Positions 48,327 to 57,509 are shown, numbered from the stretch's first letter. The stretch: 64,000 bases of DNA from Candidatus Latescibacterota bacterium (GCA_965248435.1 OZ252100.1:2592001-2656000); one strand, 5' to 3'. Made by a program: numbers and translations. The notes: generated by a model not told the origin, from the letters alone.

Positions 48327-49442
48327 GTGCAGGATCCACGCCTCAACAAACTCGCTGACCTCCTCGTCCGTCATTCTACCCAGGTGCAGGCGGGCGAGTC
48401 TGTCTTGATAGAGACCTTCGACATTCCGGAAGACATGGTCATCGCACTCATCCGAGCGGTTCGGCGGGCTGAGGGGATCCCGATGATCTCGAGCAAGACG
48501 AATCGAATCCAGCGGGAGCTGATCCGTGCCGGAGACGTGGAAGGTACGAAGCGAATTGCAGACTACGAGGCCTATCGGATGAAACAGGTGCAGGCCTACA
48601 TCGGGCTTCGTGGCAGCCATAACATCGCGGAAATGTCTGACATCGAAACCAAGGTGATGCACGTCTACGAAGATCTGTGGCTAAAACCGGTGCATTTCGA
48701 TCTTCGTGTGCCCAGGACCAAATGGGTTGTGTTGCGGTGGCCAACGTCTTCTATGGCACAGATGGCCAAGATGAGCACAGAAGCTTTCGAAGACTTCTAC
48801 TTCGACGTCTGCACCCTCGATTATGCGAAGATGGAAGATGCGATCGTGCCGTTGAAGGAGAGGATGGAGGAGACCGACGAAATTCACATCCTCGGAGAGG
48901 GAACAGACCTGAACTTCAGTATCAAAGACATCCCGGCCATTCCGTGCGCCGGGCGAAGAAATATCCCGGACGGGGAGTGCTTTACAGCACCTGTGAGAGC
49001 GTCCGTGAACGGAACCGTCCGTTTCAATACGCCCACACTCTACCACGGGATCGAATTCAACGACATTCATCTCGAGTTCAAGAACGGAAAGGTCGTTGAT
49101 GCCGATTCGAACGATACGGAAAAGTTGAACGAGATCCTCGACACGGATGACGGCGCGAGATACATCGGGGAATTCGCCATTGGTTTCAACCCCCACATCA
49201 ACATCCCGATGCTCGACATCCTCTTCGACGAGAAGATTGCCGGCTCCTTTCATTTTACCCCCGGCAAGGCTTACGAAGAGGCCGATAACGGAAACCGCTC
49301 GAGCATACACTGGGATATGGTGATGATCCAGACCCCACAGTATGGGGGTGGTGAGATCTATTTCGACGGAACGCTGATCAGAAAGGATGGCCTGTTTCTC
49401 CCAAAGGCCCTGGACGGCCTCAATCCTCAAAATCTGGAATGA
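48327..49442 (+). CDS. Aminopeptidase, peptidase M29 family
   Basis: GGAGG RBS then GTG; DPR..KLA, NIPDGECFTAP, GEFAIG.N, LFDEK, H, SSIHWD. Confidence 0.92.
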   Translation: MQDPRLNKLADLLVRHSTQVQAGESVLIETFDIPEDMVIALIRAVRRAEGIPMISSKTNRIQRELIRAGDVEGTKRIADYEAYRMKQVQAYIGLRGSHNIAEMSDIETKVMHVYEDLWLKPVHFDLRVPRTKWVVLRWPTSSMAQMAKMSTEAFEDFYFDVCTLDYAKMEDAIVPLKERMEETDEIHILGEGTDLNFSIKDIPAIPCAGRRNIPDGECFTAPVRASVNGTVRFNTPTLYHGIEFNDIHLEFKNGKVVDADSNDTEKLNEILDTDDGARYIGEFAIGFNPHINIPMLDILFDEKIAGSFHFTPGKAYEEADNGNRSSIHWDMVMIQTPQYGGGEIYFDGTLIRKDGLFLPKALDGLNPQNLE

Positions 49443-49741
49443 GGTGGGATCCCTCGGCTCTTGGCTGGACCGCTCGGTGGGCGAACGGTGGAAGGCGTTT
49501 GCCTGGAGGAAACAACAGGCAGTTATTGCGCGTGGGGACCCTACTACTTGGAGTCAGCGGAGAGACAACGCCGTGCTACCGCACGGATGAGGTCCACGTC
49601 GGGCTCTGCGCCGCCCTGAATCAGCGTTGGTGTGGTGGAGTGACCTGCAGGGTTTTGAAGGCGGGTAAGATCCAGGTGGGAGATCGGGTCCACTTGCTTG
49701 AGCGTTATGCGTGCGCTTCCGCTTCTGAAAAAACGCAATAA
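49439..49741 (+). pseudogene. MOSC-domain remnant (C-terminal part only)
   Basis: WTARWAN, GETTPCYR.DE, GGVTCRVLKAG.I.VGD; N-terminal half absent. Confidence 0.6.
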
Positions 49742-49771
49742 TTCCACGTCGTCTGGCATTCAAGCTTCATC

Positions 49772-50890
49772 TCAACTTCCCTCCACGTAATTCCGAATAC
49801 CTTTCACAATCCTGTCTGCGTCCTTCTGACGGTTCTTGTGGAACCTCAGGGCCCACGCCTCGCCCATATCGTGCACATTGCGAATTTCCACCAGGATTTC
49901 TGCGCGCGCCTTGTTGTTTCTCAGGACGCCCAGGCTTCGGCCCTTTAGCTGCGCCGGGAGGTTCGGCTGATCCAGGGCCTTCTGCATGACCTGAGCAAAC
50001 TGTCGCGATTTCTGGTCCACCTTTCCCTTTCGCTTCAGGTAAATCGCGAGTGGACCTTTGGGTCTTTCCGGGCTGTTGTCCGCGTGGAGCGAGACAAAGA
50101 GACTCTTGCCCCGGCGCGCCTTCTTGAAGAATCGGTTTGCGATCCTCACACGCTGCGCCAGGTTTCGGCCGCCGGGCCTCACCCCCTCCGAATGCTTCCG
50201 GTTGATCCGTTCGTCATTATACACCTCATTCTGTTCGTGAACAAAGGTGATCACGGCCTGGAGATTCTCGCGAATGAGGTGGTTTGGACTGATCACCGTC
50301 AGCATTACATCTGCGCCAAGAAATTTCAACCTCTCATAGACCCGGAGGGCGATGTCGTAGACATACTCGTCCTCCACGACATAAACCGGCACCTTTCCGG
50401 CCCGATTCGAAACAATAGCGCCTGGGTCGATGCCTCCGTGTCCAGGATCGAGCACGATCTTCCAACCCGAAAGGGGAAGCCGCCGACTTCGGTTTCGCAC
50501 CAGCTTTGACCGAACCTCTGCATCGAGCGCCTTCAGGAGGGTGCGGGCATGCCGGTAATCTTTGAGCGGGCTCCAGGTGGATCGCTCCAGGTAGCGCTGG
50601 CTCTGCTGCGCCTGAACGCGAGGCTTTCGCCAATAGTAGGGGCCGTTCGGGGCCGCAATCTCATCCGGGTTATTGCCCAGTTTCAGAACCTGTCCGGGGT
50701 ACACCCGGTCGCCCTTGAGCTTGTTCAGGAGCTTGATCTCCTTGACGCTCATTTGATACAGACGAGCGATCGACCACAGAGAATCCCCCTTGCGCACCTC
50801 ATAAACGAGCGAAAGCCCCGCCGCTTCCCCCACAGCCATCTGAAGGAGCAGGAGTCCGAGACAGAGTCGGAGAATGGAGCGTGCGATCAT
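49772..50890 (-). CDS. LysM plus N-acetylmuramoyl-L-alanine amidase (Amidase_3)
   Basis: Signal peptide, YEVRKGDSLWSIA...LN..PGQ.L, LDPGHGGIDPGA, E, SLHAD, LVE. Confidence 0.88.
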   Translation of the reverse strand: MIARSILRLCLGLLLLQMAVGEAAGLSLVYEVRKGDSLWSIARLYQMSVKEIKLLNKLKGDRVYPGQVLKLGNNPDEIAAPNGPYYWRKPRVQAQQSQRYLERSTWSPLKDYRHARTLLKALDAEVRSKLVRNRSRRLPLSGWKIVLDPGHGGIDPGAIVSNRAGKVPVYVVEDEYVYDIALRVYERLKFLGADVMLTVISPNHLIRENLQAVITFVHEQNEVYNDERINRKHSEGVRPGGRNLAQRVRIANRFFKKARRGKSLFVSLHADNSPERPKGPLAIYLKRKGKVDQKSRQFAQVMQKALDQPNLPAQLKGRSLGVLRNNKARAEILVEIRNVHDMGEAWALRFHKNRQKDADRIVKGIRNYVEGS

Positions 50891-51053
50891 AAAGAAACGG
50901 GAACGAGAGATGGAGAGATCAGGTAGGGGTCTAAATAATAAGCGTTTACACCGCGATTGGCAAGAGATGCCCAGAACTCTGACAAACTGCCTGACAGAGG
51001 AAATACAAAACATTAGTATGTCAGGGGGGGTGTCTCGGACGCCGACTCAGGTT

Positions 51054-51088
51054 GGGAGTTTTCACCTTCTGGATGGGTGTTTTTCACC
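51054..51088 (+). promoter_or_regulatory. Tandem enhancer (UAS) boxes, PspF-type
   Basis: GGGA-N5-CACC (51054-66) and GGTG-N5-CACC (51076-88), 22 bp apart, about 100 bp upstream of the -24 box. Confidence 0.6.
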
Positions 51089-51178
51089 AACAGTTTCCTG
51101 GATCCAATCTTGAACATTTTTGCGTAAATTAAAGTATAGTCTATGACTTGTACTAATGTCACCGCTCGAGGAGCGGTC

Positions 51179-51194
51179 CGGCACAGATCTTGCG
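51179..51194 (+). promoter_or_regulatory. Sigma54 -24/-12 promoter of pspA
   Basis: CGGCAC-AGATC-TTGCG, with exact GG-N10-GC spacing. Confidence 0.85.
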
Positions 51195-51252
51195 ATGGAC
51201 GAAGGCTGTCCACCACATCGCAAGAATGAGATCTCAATCAGAGGAGTGACCC

Positions 51253-51930
51253 ATGTCCAGAGGAGTCTTTACACGCATGGCAGATATCGTCAAGGCCAAC
51301 ATCAACGACCTCTTGGACCGAGCCGAGGACCCGGAAAAGATGATTCGGCAGATCATCCTAGAAATGGAGGAGGCCGTGAACAAGGCCACGGCCTCCGTCG
51401 CAACGGCCGTGGCCAGTGAGAAGCGTCTGGAACGGCATTGTCTGGAGAAAAGAGACCAGGTTGATCTCTGGCAGAGCAAGGCAGAGCTTGCCGTCAAGTC
51501 GGGCGAAGACGACCTGGCCAGACGCGCCCTCGAGCGAAAGGGGGTCGCGGAACGTGCTGCAGCAGACCTTAGTGCAGCACTCGCCGAGAGCCAAACGACT
51601 TCGGAGCAATTGAAGCAGCAGTTGGCACAACTCAAGGCCAAACTCGACGAGGCACGTATGAGACAGGGCACGCTCATCGCGAGGAGCCAGGCCGCCGACG
51701 CCCGCAAGCGGATCGCCAAGGGCATGTCGGGAATCGGAAACGACGCCGTCTCCAATTTCGAGAGGTTTCGCCGGAGGGTGGAGACCGAAGAGGCCGAAGC
51801 CGATGCCCACGAAGAGATATCGGGCTCTCGGCCATCGCTCGAAGACGCGTTCGAGAAGCTCGAGCACAAGGGATCTGTCGAAGCTGAACTCAAGGCCCTG
51901 AAGCAGAAACTGGGACGGACCGATGAATGA
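51253..51930 (+). CDS. pspA: Phage shock protein A (PspA/IM30)
   Basis: GVFTRMADIVKANINDLLDRAEDPEKMIRQII.EME, EDDLARRAL, FER, VEAELKALK; GAGGAG RBS. Confidence 0.95.
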   Translation: MSRGVFTRMADIVKANINDLLDRAEDPEKMIRQIILEMEEAVNKATASVATAVASEKRLERHCLEKRDQVDLWQSKAELAVKSGEDDLARRALERKGVAERAAADLSAALAESQTTSEQLKQQLAQLKAKLDEARMRQGTLIARSQAADARKRIAKGMSGIGNDAVSNFERFRRRVETEEAEADAHEEISGSRPSLEDAFEKLEHKGSVEAELKALKQKLGRTDE

Positions 51931-52531
51931 GGTCCCCAGAATCGTCGGGGAGATCGTCGGCGAACTCCGCCGAATGGAGAACACGATCAAAGGGGTCTGG
52001 CCGTCGGGGCGACCGAAGATGGAAGCAGGATTGACCGGTCTACCCACACGACTTTCAGACCTCGCCGCAGATGGGAGCTGCGCCATGCGATACCTGTTCG
52101 GTTATCTTTTCAAGGGCGTTGGCGCCCTTGAATGCCTCGGCGGACTGATCATGATTGCCATCACCCTGACCCACCTTACCCAGGGGTGGGATCTTCAGGC
52201 GCTCAGCGTCGGCCTGTTCCTAGTCGCGACGGCCCAGCTCTTCTGGTTTGCAGGGCACCTCCTGCACCGGTCTGCCGATCGCCGTCGATATGCAAATGAC
52301 CAGAACCGCCTCCTCCGACTGGCCCGCGACAAAGGGGGAAGCCTGACAGTGCTCGAAGCGGCGACCGACGGTCGGATGACGGTCGACACGGCAGAAGAAA
52401 TCCTCCGTGAGCTCGCTGCACGCGGTCACGCAGAAGTCCGCGTGTCCGATTCCGGGCTCCTGGTTTACCGCATGACTGAAATCGAGCGCATTGAAGAGAA
52501 GGATCAAGCCAGGCCGGTGGATGAACTCTAA
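51923..52531 (+). CDS. Two-TM membrane protein with C-terminal winged-helix-like domain
   Basis: Overlaps the pspA stop (alternative start 52085); two hydrophobic segments; LLRLA..KGG.LTV.EAA....TVD.AEE.L.EL..RG.AE..VSDSG..VY. Confidence 0.7.
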   Translation: MNEVPRIVGEIVGELRRMENTIKGVWPSGRPKMEAGLTGLPTRLSDLAADGSCAMRYLFGYLFKGVGALECLGGLIMIAITLTHLTQGWDLQALSVGLFLVATAQLFWFAGHLLHRSADRRRYANDQNRLLRLARDKGGSLTVLEAATDGRMTVDTAEEILRELAARGHAEVRVSDSGLLVYRMTEIERIEEKDQARPVDEL

Positions 52532-52659
52532 TTATACAACCATTATGAGCTCTTCATGATGATCGACGAAACGGAACAGTAGAAGATCGACAGGCAGAGA
52601 AGCGTACTACATTGCAAACCTTATCTTTCTCTCCGACAACATCTCAAAAGGTGGCGACC

Positions 52660-52839
52660 ATGCTTGCGAAAATCCTTGGCATCCTGTTCGTGGTCATCGG
52701 CGGTGTTCTTGCGATCAGCGTCCTCTTCTTCCTCATCGGGTCGATTATCGGACTGTTGTGGCTCATGGTCAAGCTCCTCGTCCCGATCATTCTCCTCTAC
52801 ATCGGCTACAGGCTCCTCACCCGGGATTCGGAGTATTGA
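52660..52839 (+). CDS. Small two-TM membrane protein (PspG/LiaI-like size and topology)
   Basis: 59 aa, almost entirely hydrophobic; AAGGTG RBS. Confidence 0.75.
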   Translation: MLAKILGILFVVIGGVLAISVLFFLIGSIIGLLWLMVKLLVPIILLYIGYRLLTRDSEY

Positions 52840-52865
52840 CCGCGTATCAAAGGAGAACCGGATCA

Positions 52866-53441
52866 ATGATCGATGACTCCATACGCAGAACACTGAATGG
52901 GGACCGGAAGGCGTTTAAGGCCATCTACAATGCCCATCACGCTCACGTCCAGGCCTTTGTTACACGCCACACCACCGAATTCGACAGAGTGGAGGACCTG
53001 GTTCAGATCACCTTCCTGCGTGCCTTTCGGGCGCTGCATACCTTCCGGGGAGAGGCGGCGTTCTCAACGTGGCTCATACAGATTGCTCTGAACGTCTGTC
53101 GATCGGATCAGCGGGCCCTTCAGAGAGAAAGGGCACGCTTCTCGTGCAGTGGTGACCCTGAGGCAGAATCTCGTGCCGCATTCAATTTGCCTCGGGCACT
53201 TGAGCTTGACCCGGAGCAACTCTTGCAACAAAAGGAGCGCCGCGACCTCGTGATCCGGGAGATCAACAACCTCCCGGAGCGGTATCGAACCGCCGTATGG
53301 CTTCACTACTTCAGGGACCGGTCCTACGAAGAGATCACTCGCGTGCTTCACGTCCCCATCGGGACAGTCAAGACGTGGATCTTTCGCGCGCGGCAGCAGT
53401 TAAAGGGGCGGTTTCAGCGCATCGGGCTGCAGACCGGGTAG
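52866..53441 (+). CDS. ECF sigma factor (RpoE/SigW-like)
   Basis: EDLVQ.TF.RA, F.G.AAFSTWL.QIA.N, LP...R, SYEEI..L..P.GTVK..IFRAR; AAGGAG RBS. Confidence 0.9.
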   Translation: MIDDSIRRTLNGDRKAFKAIYNAHHAHVQAFVTRHTTEFDRVEDLVQITFLRAFRALHTFRGEAAFSTWLIQIALNVCRSDQRALQRERARFSCSGDPEAESRAAFNLPRALELDPEQLLQQKERRDLVIREINNLPERYRTAVWLHYFRDRSYEEITRVLHVPIGTVKTWIFRARQQLKGRFQRIGLQTG

Positions 53442-53472
53442 GCCTCTTCCTGATTACGGAAACTAGGGTATC

Positions 53473-55089
53473 ATGGATTCAGAAAAAGCGAAGGACCGCT
53501 CTCTTACTCCGACAGCTCAGATGGGGCTCCGTGATGACTTCCCCGAGTCGCGGAACGCGGAATCCAGAGAACGTTGTCTGGAGGGGGACAAGGCTGTAAA
53601 TGGAGATCGCCTTAAGGCCGGAGAAGCGGCCTATCAGGATGCACTGAGCGCAGATGAAGAATCTATTCACGCCCTTCACAATCTGGGAGTCGTCTACTAT
53701 ATGATGCAGGAATGGGAGCGGGCAATGAGTTGCTTCGAGTGCTTGGTGGAGTTGGACCCGATGGATATCGACTTTCGAATCAAGCTCGGCCTATCTGCAT
53801 TGAAGAACGGCCAGGTCGAGGTAGCTCACGAACAGTTCGAGATTGCTACAGAGGTCGATCCCGATCACCCTGGTGCCAGGTTCCAGCTGGCGCTCCTCCA
53901 CGCCGCGGGGGGCGCCCCGGGATCTGATGGTCGCCAGCTGGCAATCGAGGCCCTGAAGGAGGTACTCCGCACATCAGATGAGGGGCGACCCTGTGCCGAC
54001 CTCCAGCGAGCCTGTTTTCTGCTGGGAAGCTTGCTTGACGACCTGCCTGAAAACAGGGAAGAAGCCATCGTGGTTTACAGGCGCGGGCTGAAGGAAGACC
54101 CCCTCTTCGCTCCAGGTCACAACAATCTGGGCGTCCTCTTGATGGAGGACGGTCAGACGATCCCCGCGCTCGGTGAATTCAAAATCGCGATCCATCTGGA
54201 ACCCGACTACACGCTTCCCTATCGAAACCTCGCACGCCTCCTTTTTGACAGGATGGACGTCGCAGAGATGGAACAGGAATACACCTCCATCATCGATGAG
54301 TTCGGAGTCCGTTCTGCGTCCGTGCTGGCTAAGCTCTCAAGGGAACTCACCGATCTGGGCAGGGTCCAGGTCTACGAAAGCCTTTACACGCGCGGTCACC
54401 AGATAAAGAACCTTATGGGCATCGCGGGGAGTCGGACCCGTCGCTTCATTCGAAACCAGCCCCCCAGCGGCGATGATCTCGATGAACTGAAGGAGATCGC
54501 TGCCGAGCAGGAGCATATTTATGATGATTGGGTTGCCTACCTCAGATCCATGAAGCAGGAGACCATGAATCCCGGTCTCGTGGATGTAGCTCAACTCGCC
54601 GAAAGGGTCACGCGATCCCTTTCCAGCCAGAAGGGGGCGAAGGAAGTGAGCTTCAAATCAAAGCCCAAGATCCCTCAGGTCAAGGCCGATGCCGGGGCCC
54701 TTCATGAGGCCTTTACGAATCTGATCATGAATGCCCTGGAGGCTGCTCCTGAAGGCGGTAAGGTATCCGTCAGAACCGGATACGATGCGAATCAGAATAC
54801 GGTCTTCGTGGAAATCGAAGACGACGGTCCAGGAATTCCTGAAGCCGCGCAGAAGAAAATTTTTGACCCCGGATACTCCACGAAAGAAAAAGGGAGCGGT
54901 TACGGTCTGAGCATCGCTGCACGGATCGTGGCCGGGCATCGCGGGAACCTCCGAGCATCGAGCAACCAGGATTCCGGAACTGTTTTCAGAATGGACCTGC
55001 CGATCGATTTCGAAATCGCCCCTGAAGAGCGCGGCATTGCTTTCCAGGACCCTTCCTTTCGTCTGCAAGCCGAAGAGTTTGTCGACTGA
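53473..55089 (+). CDS. Soluble TPR-repeat histidine kinase
   Basis: ALHNLG, GHNNLG, PYRNLA TPRs; GHQIKN H-box; NLIMNALEA, EDDGPG, FDP.YSTK, GSGYGL; no TM segment seen. Confidence 0.88.
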   Translation: MDSEKAKDRSLTPTAQMGLRDDFPESRNAESRERCLEGDKAVNGDRLKAGEAAYQDALSADEESIHALHNLGVVYYMMQEWERAMSCFECLVELDPMDIDFRIKLGLSALKNGQVEVAHEQFEIATEVDPDHPGARFQLALLHAAGGAPGSDGRQLAIEALKEVLRTSDEGRPCADLQRACFLLGSLLDDLPENREEAIVVYRRGLKEDPLFAPGHNNLGVLLMEDGQTIPALGEFKIAIHLEPDYTLPYRNLARLLFDRMDVAEMEQEYTSIIDEFGVRSASVLAKLSRELTDLGRVQVYESLYTRGHQIKNLMGIAGSRTRRFIRNQPPSGDDLDELKEIAAEQEHIYDDWVAYLRSMKQETMNPGLVDVAQLAERVTRSLSSQKGAKEVSFKSKPKIPQVKADAGALHEAFTNLIMNALEAAPEGGKVSVRTGYDANQNTVFVEIEDDGPGIPEAAQKKIFDPGYSTKEKGSGYGLSIAARIVAGHRGNLRASSNQDSGTVFRMDLPIDFEIAPEERGIAFQDPSFRLQAEEFVD

Positions 55090-55108
55090 GCCTCCAACGC
55101 TGTAATCC

Positions 55109-56515
55109 ATGAAAACCAATATCCTCATTGCGGACGACCAGCCTGAGGTACTGAACGCGCTCTCACGAAGCCTTCAGTCCGAAGAGCGAAGTGTACACGC
55201 CTTCCGCAGTGGTAGAGAAGCTGTCGCCTTCCTCCGCAGGCACGCCTCAGAAGTGGACCTGGCCATTCTCGACCTGGATTTCGGACCCGACGAGCCTGAC
55301 GGTCTGGAGATCCTCAGACAGACGCGAGAGCTGGCACCCGACCTCCCAGTGATCATCCTGACCGGAAAAGGGACGATCGACACCGCAGTCTCCGCGCTCA
55401 GACTCGGGGCCACCGATTTTATCGAGAAAGATTTCTATCTGGATGAGAAGCTGGAACTTGGACTCGAGAAACTCGATCGGATGCTCTCGGTCCTCAGAGA
55501 AAATGCCGAACTTCGCGAGCAGGTGGACAGTCTGGATCGTGAAAATCGATTCTACAGGGACGAGTTCGGCAGTCGTTACCAGACGGTCAGCGCCAGCCCG
55601 GCCATGCAGAACGTGCTGCAGCAGGCCGAACGAATCGCCTCCATCCCCCGGCCCGTCCTGGTTCTGGGGGAACGTGGTACGGGAAAAGAGCTTGTGGCCG
55701 GCGCAATCCATTTCGGTGGCGTTCGCAAAACCCGCCCGTTCGTAAAGGTCAACTGTGCAGCATTGTCCTCCACCCTGCTGGAAAGTGAACTCTTCGGACA
55801 CGAAAAAGGCGCCTTTACTGGCGCCGATGAGGCCCGTCCCGGCCGGTTCGAGGCTGCGGACGGGGGGACCCTCTTTCTGGACGAAATTGCGAACACCTCT
55901 CCGGAGTTTCAACAGAACGTCCTCAGGGCCATCGAGTACAACGAAGTCCAGAGGGTGGGCAGCCCGAAGCCCATCCCCGTCGATGTACGGATTATCACTG
56001 CAACCAACGCGGACCTGGAGCAGGAAATCGCGAGTGGAAAGTTCCGGGAAGACCTCTACGACCGGCTCCGGTTCGAAGTCATCCGCATTCCCCCCATCAG
56101 AGAACGGCGTGAAGATATCAGGCCGCTCGCCGAATTTTTTGTTGCCGAAATCAGCAAAGAAGTCGCGGGTCCCATCGCGCACGCCATCTCGAAGGCTGCG
56201 TTTGACCGACTACTCGCCTACTCCTGGCCAGGGAACGTTCGTGAGCTCAAGTTCGCCGTCGAACGCGCAGCCTGCGTTGCCGCGTCCGATACCATCCAGC
56301 CTGGAGACCTCCCTCCCGAAGTCGCCGGCGAAACGCCTGACGCATCCGAACAGGGCTTTGAAAAGCAGGTCGAAACCTTCGAACTCGGGCTGCTCAGACA
56401 AGCCTTGCGAAGTGCAGGGTGGAACCAGAGGCAGGCAGCGTCACATCTCGGACTCAGCTATGATCAGTTTCGCCATCTCTATCGGAAGTACCACCTCGAC
56501 CGCGAAAAACCGTAG
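55109..56515 (+). CDS. Sigma54-dependent activator: receiver domain fused to PspF-like AAA+ and HTH
   Basis: REC (ADD, ILDL, LTG, IEK); GERGTGKEL, GAFTGA, FLDE, WPGNVREL; C-terminal LGLSYDQFR. Confidence 0.92.
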   Translation: MKTNILIADDQPEVLNALSRSLQSEERSVHAFRSGREAVAFLRRHASEVDLAILDLDFGPDEPDGLEILRQTRELAPDLPVIILTGKGTIDTAVSALRLGATDFIEKDFYLDEKLELGLEKLDRMLSVLRENAELREQVDSLDRENRFYRDEFGSRYQTVSASPAMQNVLQQAERIASIPRPVLVLGERGTGKELVAGAIHFGGVRKTRPFVKVNCAALSSTLLESELFGHEKGAFTGADEARPGRFEAADGGTLFLDEIANTSPEFQQNVLRAIEYNEVQRVGSPKPIPVDVRIITATNADLEQEIASGKFREDLYDRLRFEVIRIPPIRERREDIRPLAEFFVAEISKEVAGPIAHAISKAAFDRLLAYSWPGNVRELKFAVERAACVAASDTIQPGDLPPEVAGETPDASEQGFEKQVETFELGLLRQALRSAGWNQRQAASHLGLSYDQFRHLYRKYHLDREKP

Positions 56516-56557
56516 TCCCCTTTAGAATCCCGAGAAGGTCACAGCGAAAGGTTGAAT

Positions 56558-57490
56558 GTGAACGCCATGGTGCTCCAGGAGGTAAATGAGCCCCTCCAGC
56601 CGTGCGACCTCCCAAGCCCTGGCGATGGACAAATCCTGATCAAGATTGGCGCGTGCGGCGTATGCAGGACCGACCTGCACGTCCGCGATGGCGATCTCAA
56701 ACAGCCAAAGCCCCCCTCGTTCTGGGTCACGAAATCGTGGGTACGGTCGTAGAGGTTGGAAAAGAGGTGGAGGATATGTCGGCGGGGCAGCGCGTCGGTG
56801 TGCCCTGGCTGGGCTGGACCTGCGGATCCTGTGGCTACTGTTCGTCAGGCCGTGAGAACCTCTGCGAGAAGGCAAGGTTTACCGGCTATCAGATCGACGG
56901 CGGCTATGCGGAATATGCAGTCGCCGACCATCGCTACTGCTTCCCGATTGCCGGAGCGCAATCGGACTCGGAGACCGCCCCCCTGCTTTGTGCCGGGCTG
57001 ATTGGCTATCGCGCCCTGCGAATGGCTGGAGATGCCCGAAGGCTCGGTCTCTACGGCTTTGGCGCCGCGGCCCATATCGTCGCGCAGGTCGCCGTCTACG
57101 AAGAAATTTGCGAGAGAACTGGGCGCGTCGTGGGCGGGCGACTCCAACGAGAGCCCTCCTGAGAGCCTGGATGCGGCCATCATATTCGCGCCCGTGGGCG
57201 CCCTCGTCCCGGTCGCCCTAGAGGCGGTCGACAAAGCGGGCATCGTCGTCTGTGCCGGCATCCACATGTCGGAGATCCCGGCATTCCCTTACGACCTGCT
57301 CTGGGAAGAGCGGTCCATCAAATCGGTCGCCAACCTGACGCGTGCCGACGGGACCGAATTCCTTGACCTGGCCCCTCGAATTCCTATCAAGACCCGGGTC
57401 CACACCTACCCGCTGGACCACACGAACATCGCCCTCGAGGCACTTCGGGACGGAAGTTTCGAGGGCGCGGCCGTCCTCCTTCCGACGCAT
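56558..57490 (+). pseudogene. Zinc-dependent alcohol dehydrogenase, frameshifted
   Basis: CGVCRTDLH, GHEIVG, CxxCxxC and GFGAAA, and the C-terminus, lie in three different ORFs; frameshift at the C-run near 56711 and an apparent deletion near 57103. Confidence 0.85.
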
Positions 57491-57509
57491 TCAAATCAGC
57501 TTCCCCCAT

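Noticed and set aside
52613-52640. ECF-type promoter TGCAAAC...CGAC before the small membrane protein
   Set aside because: The spacer of 14 bp is shorter than the usual ~16; too weak to call.
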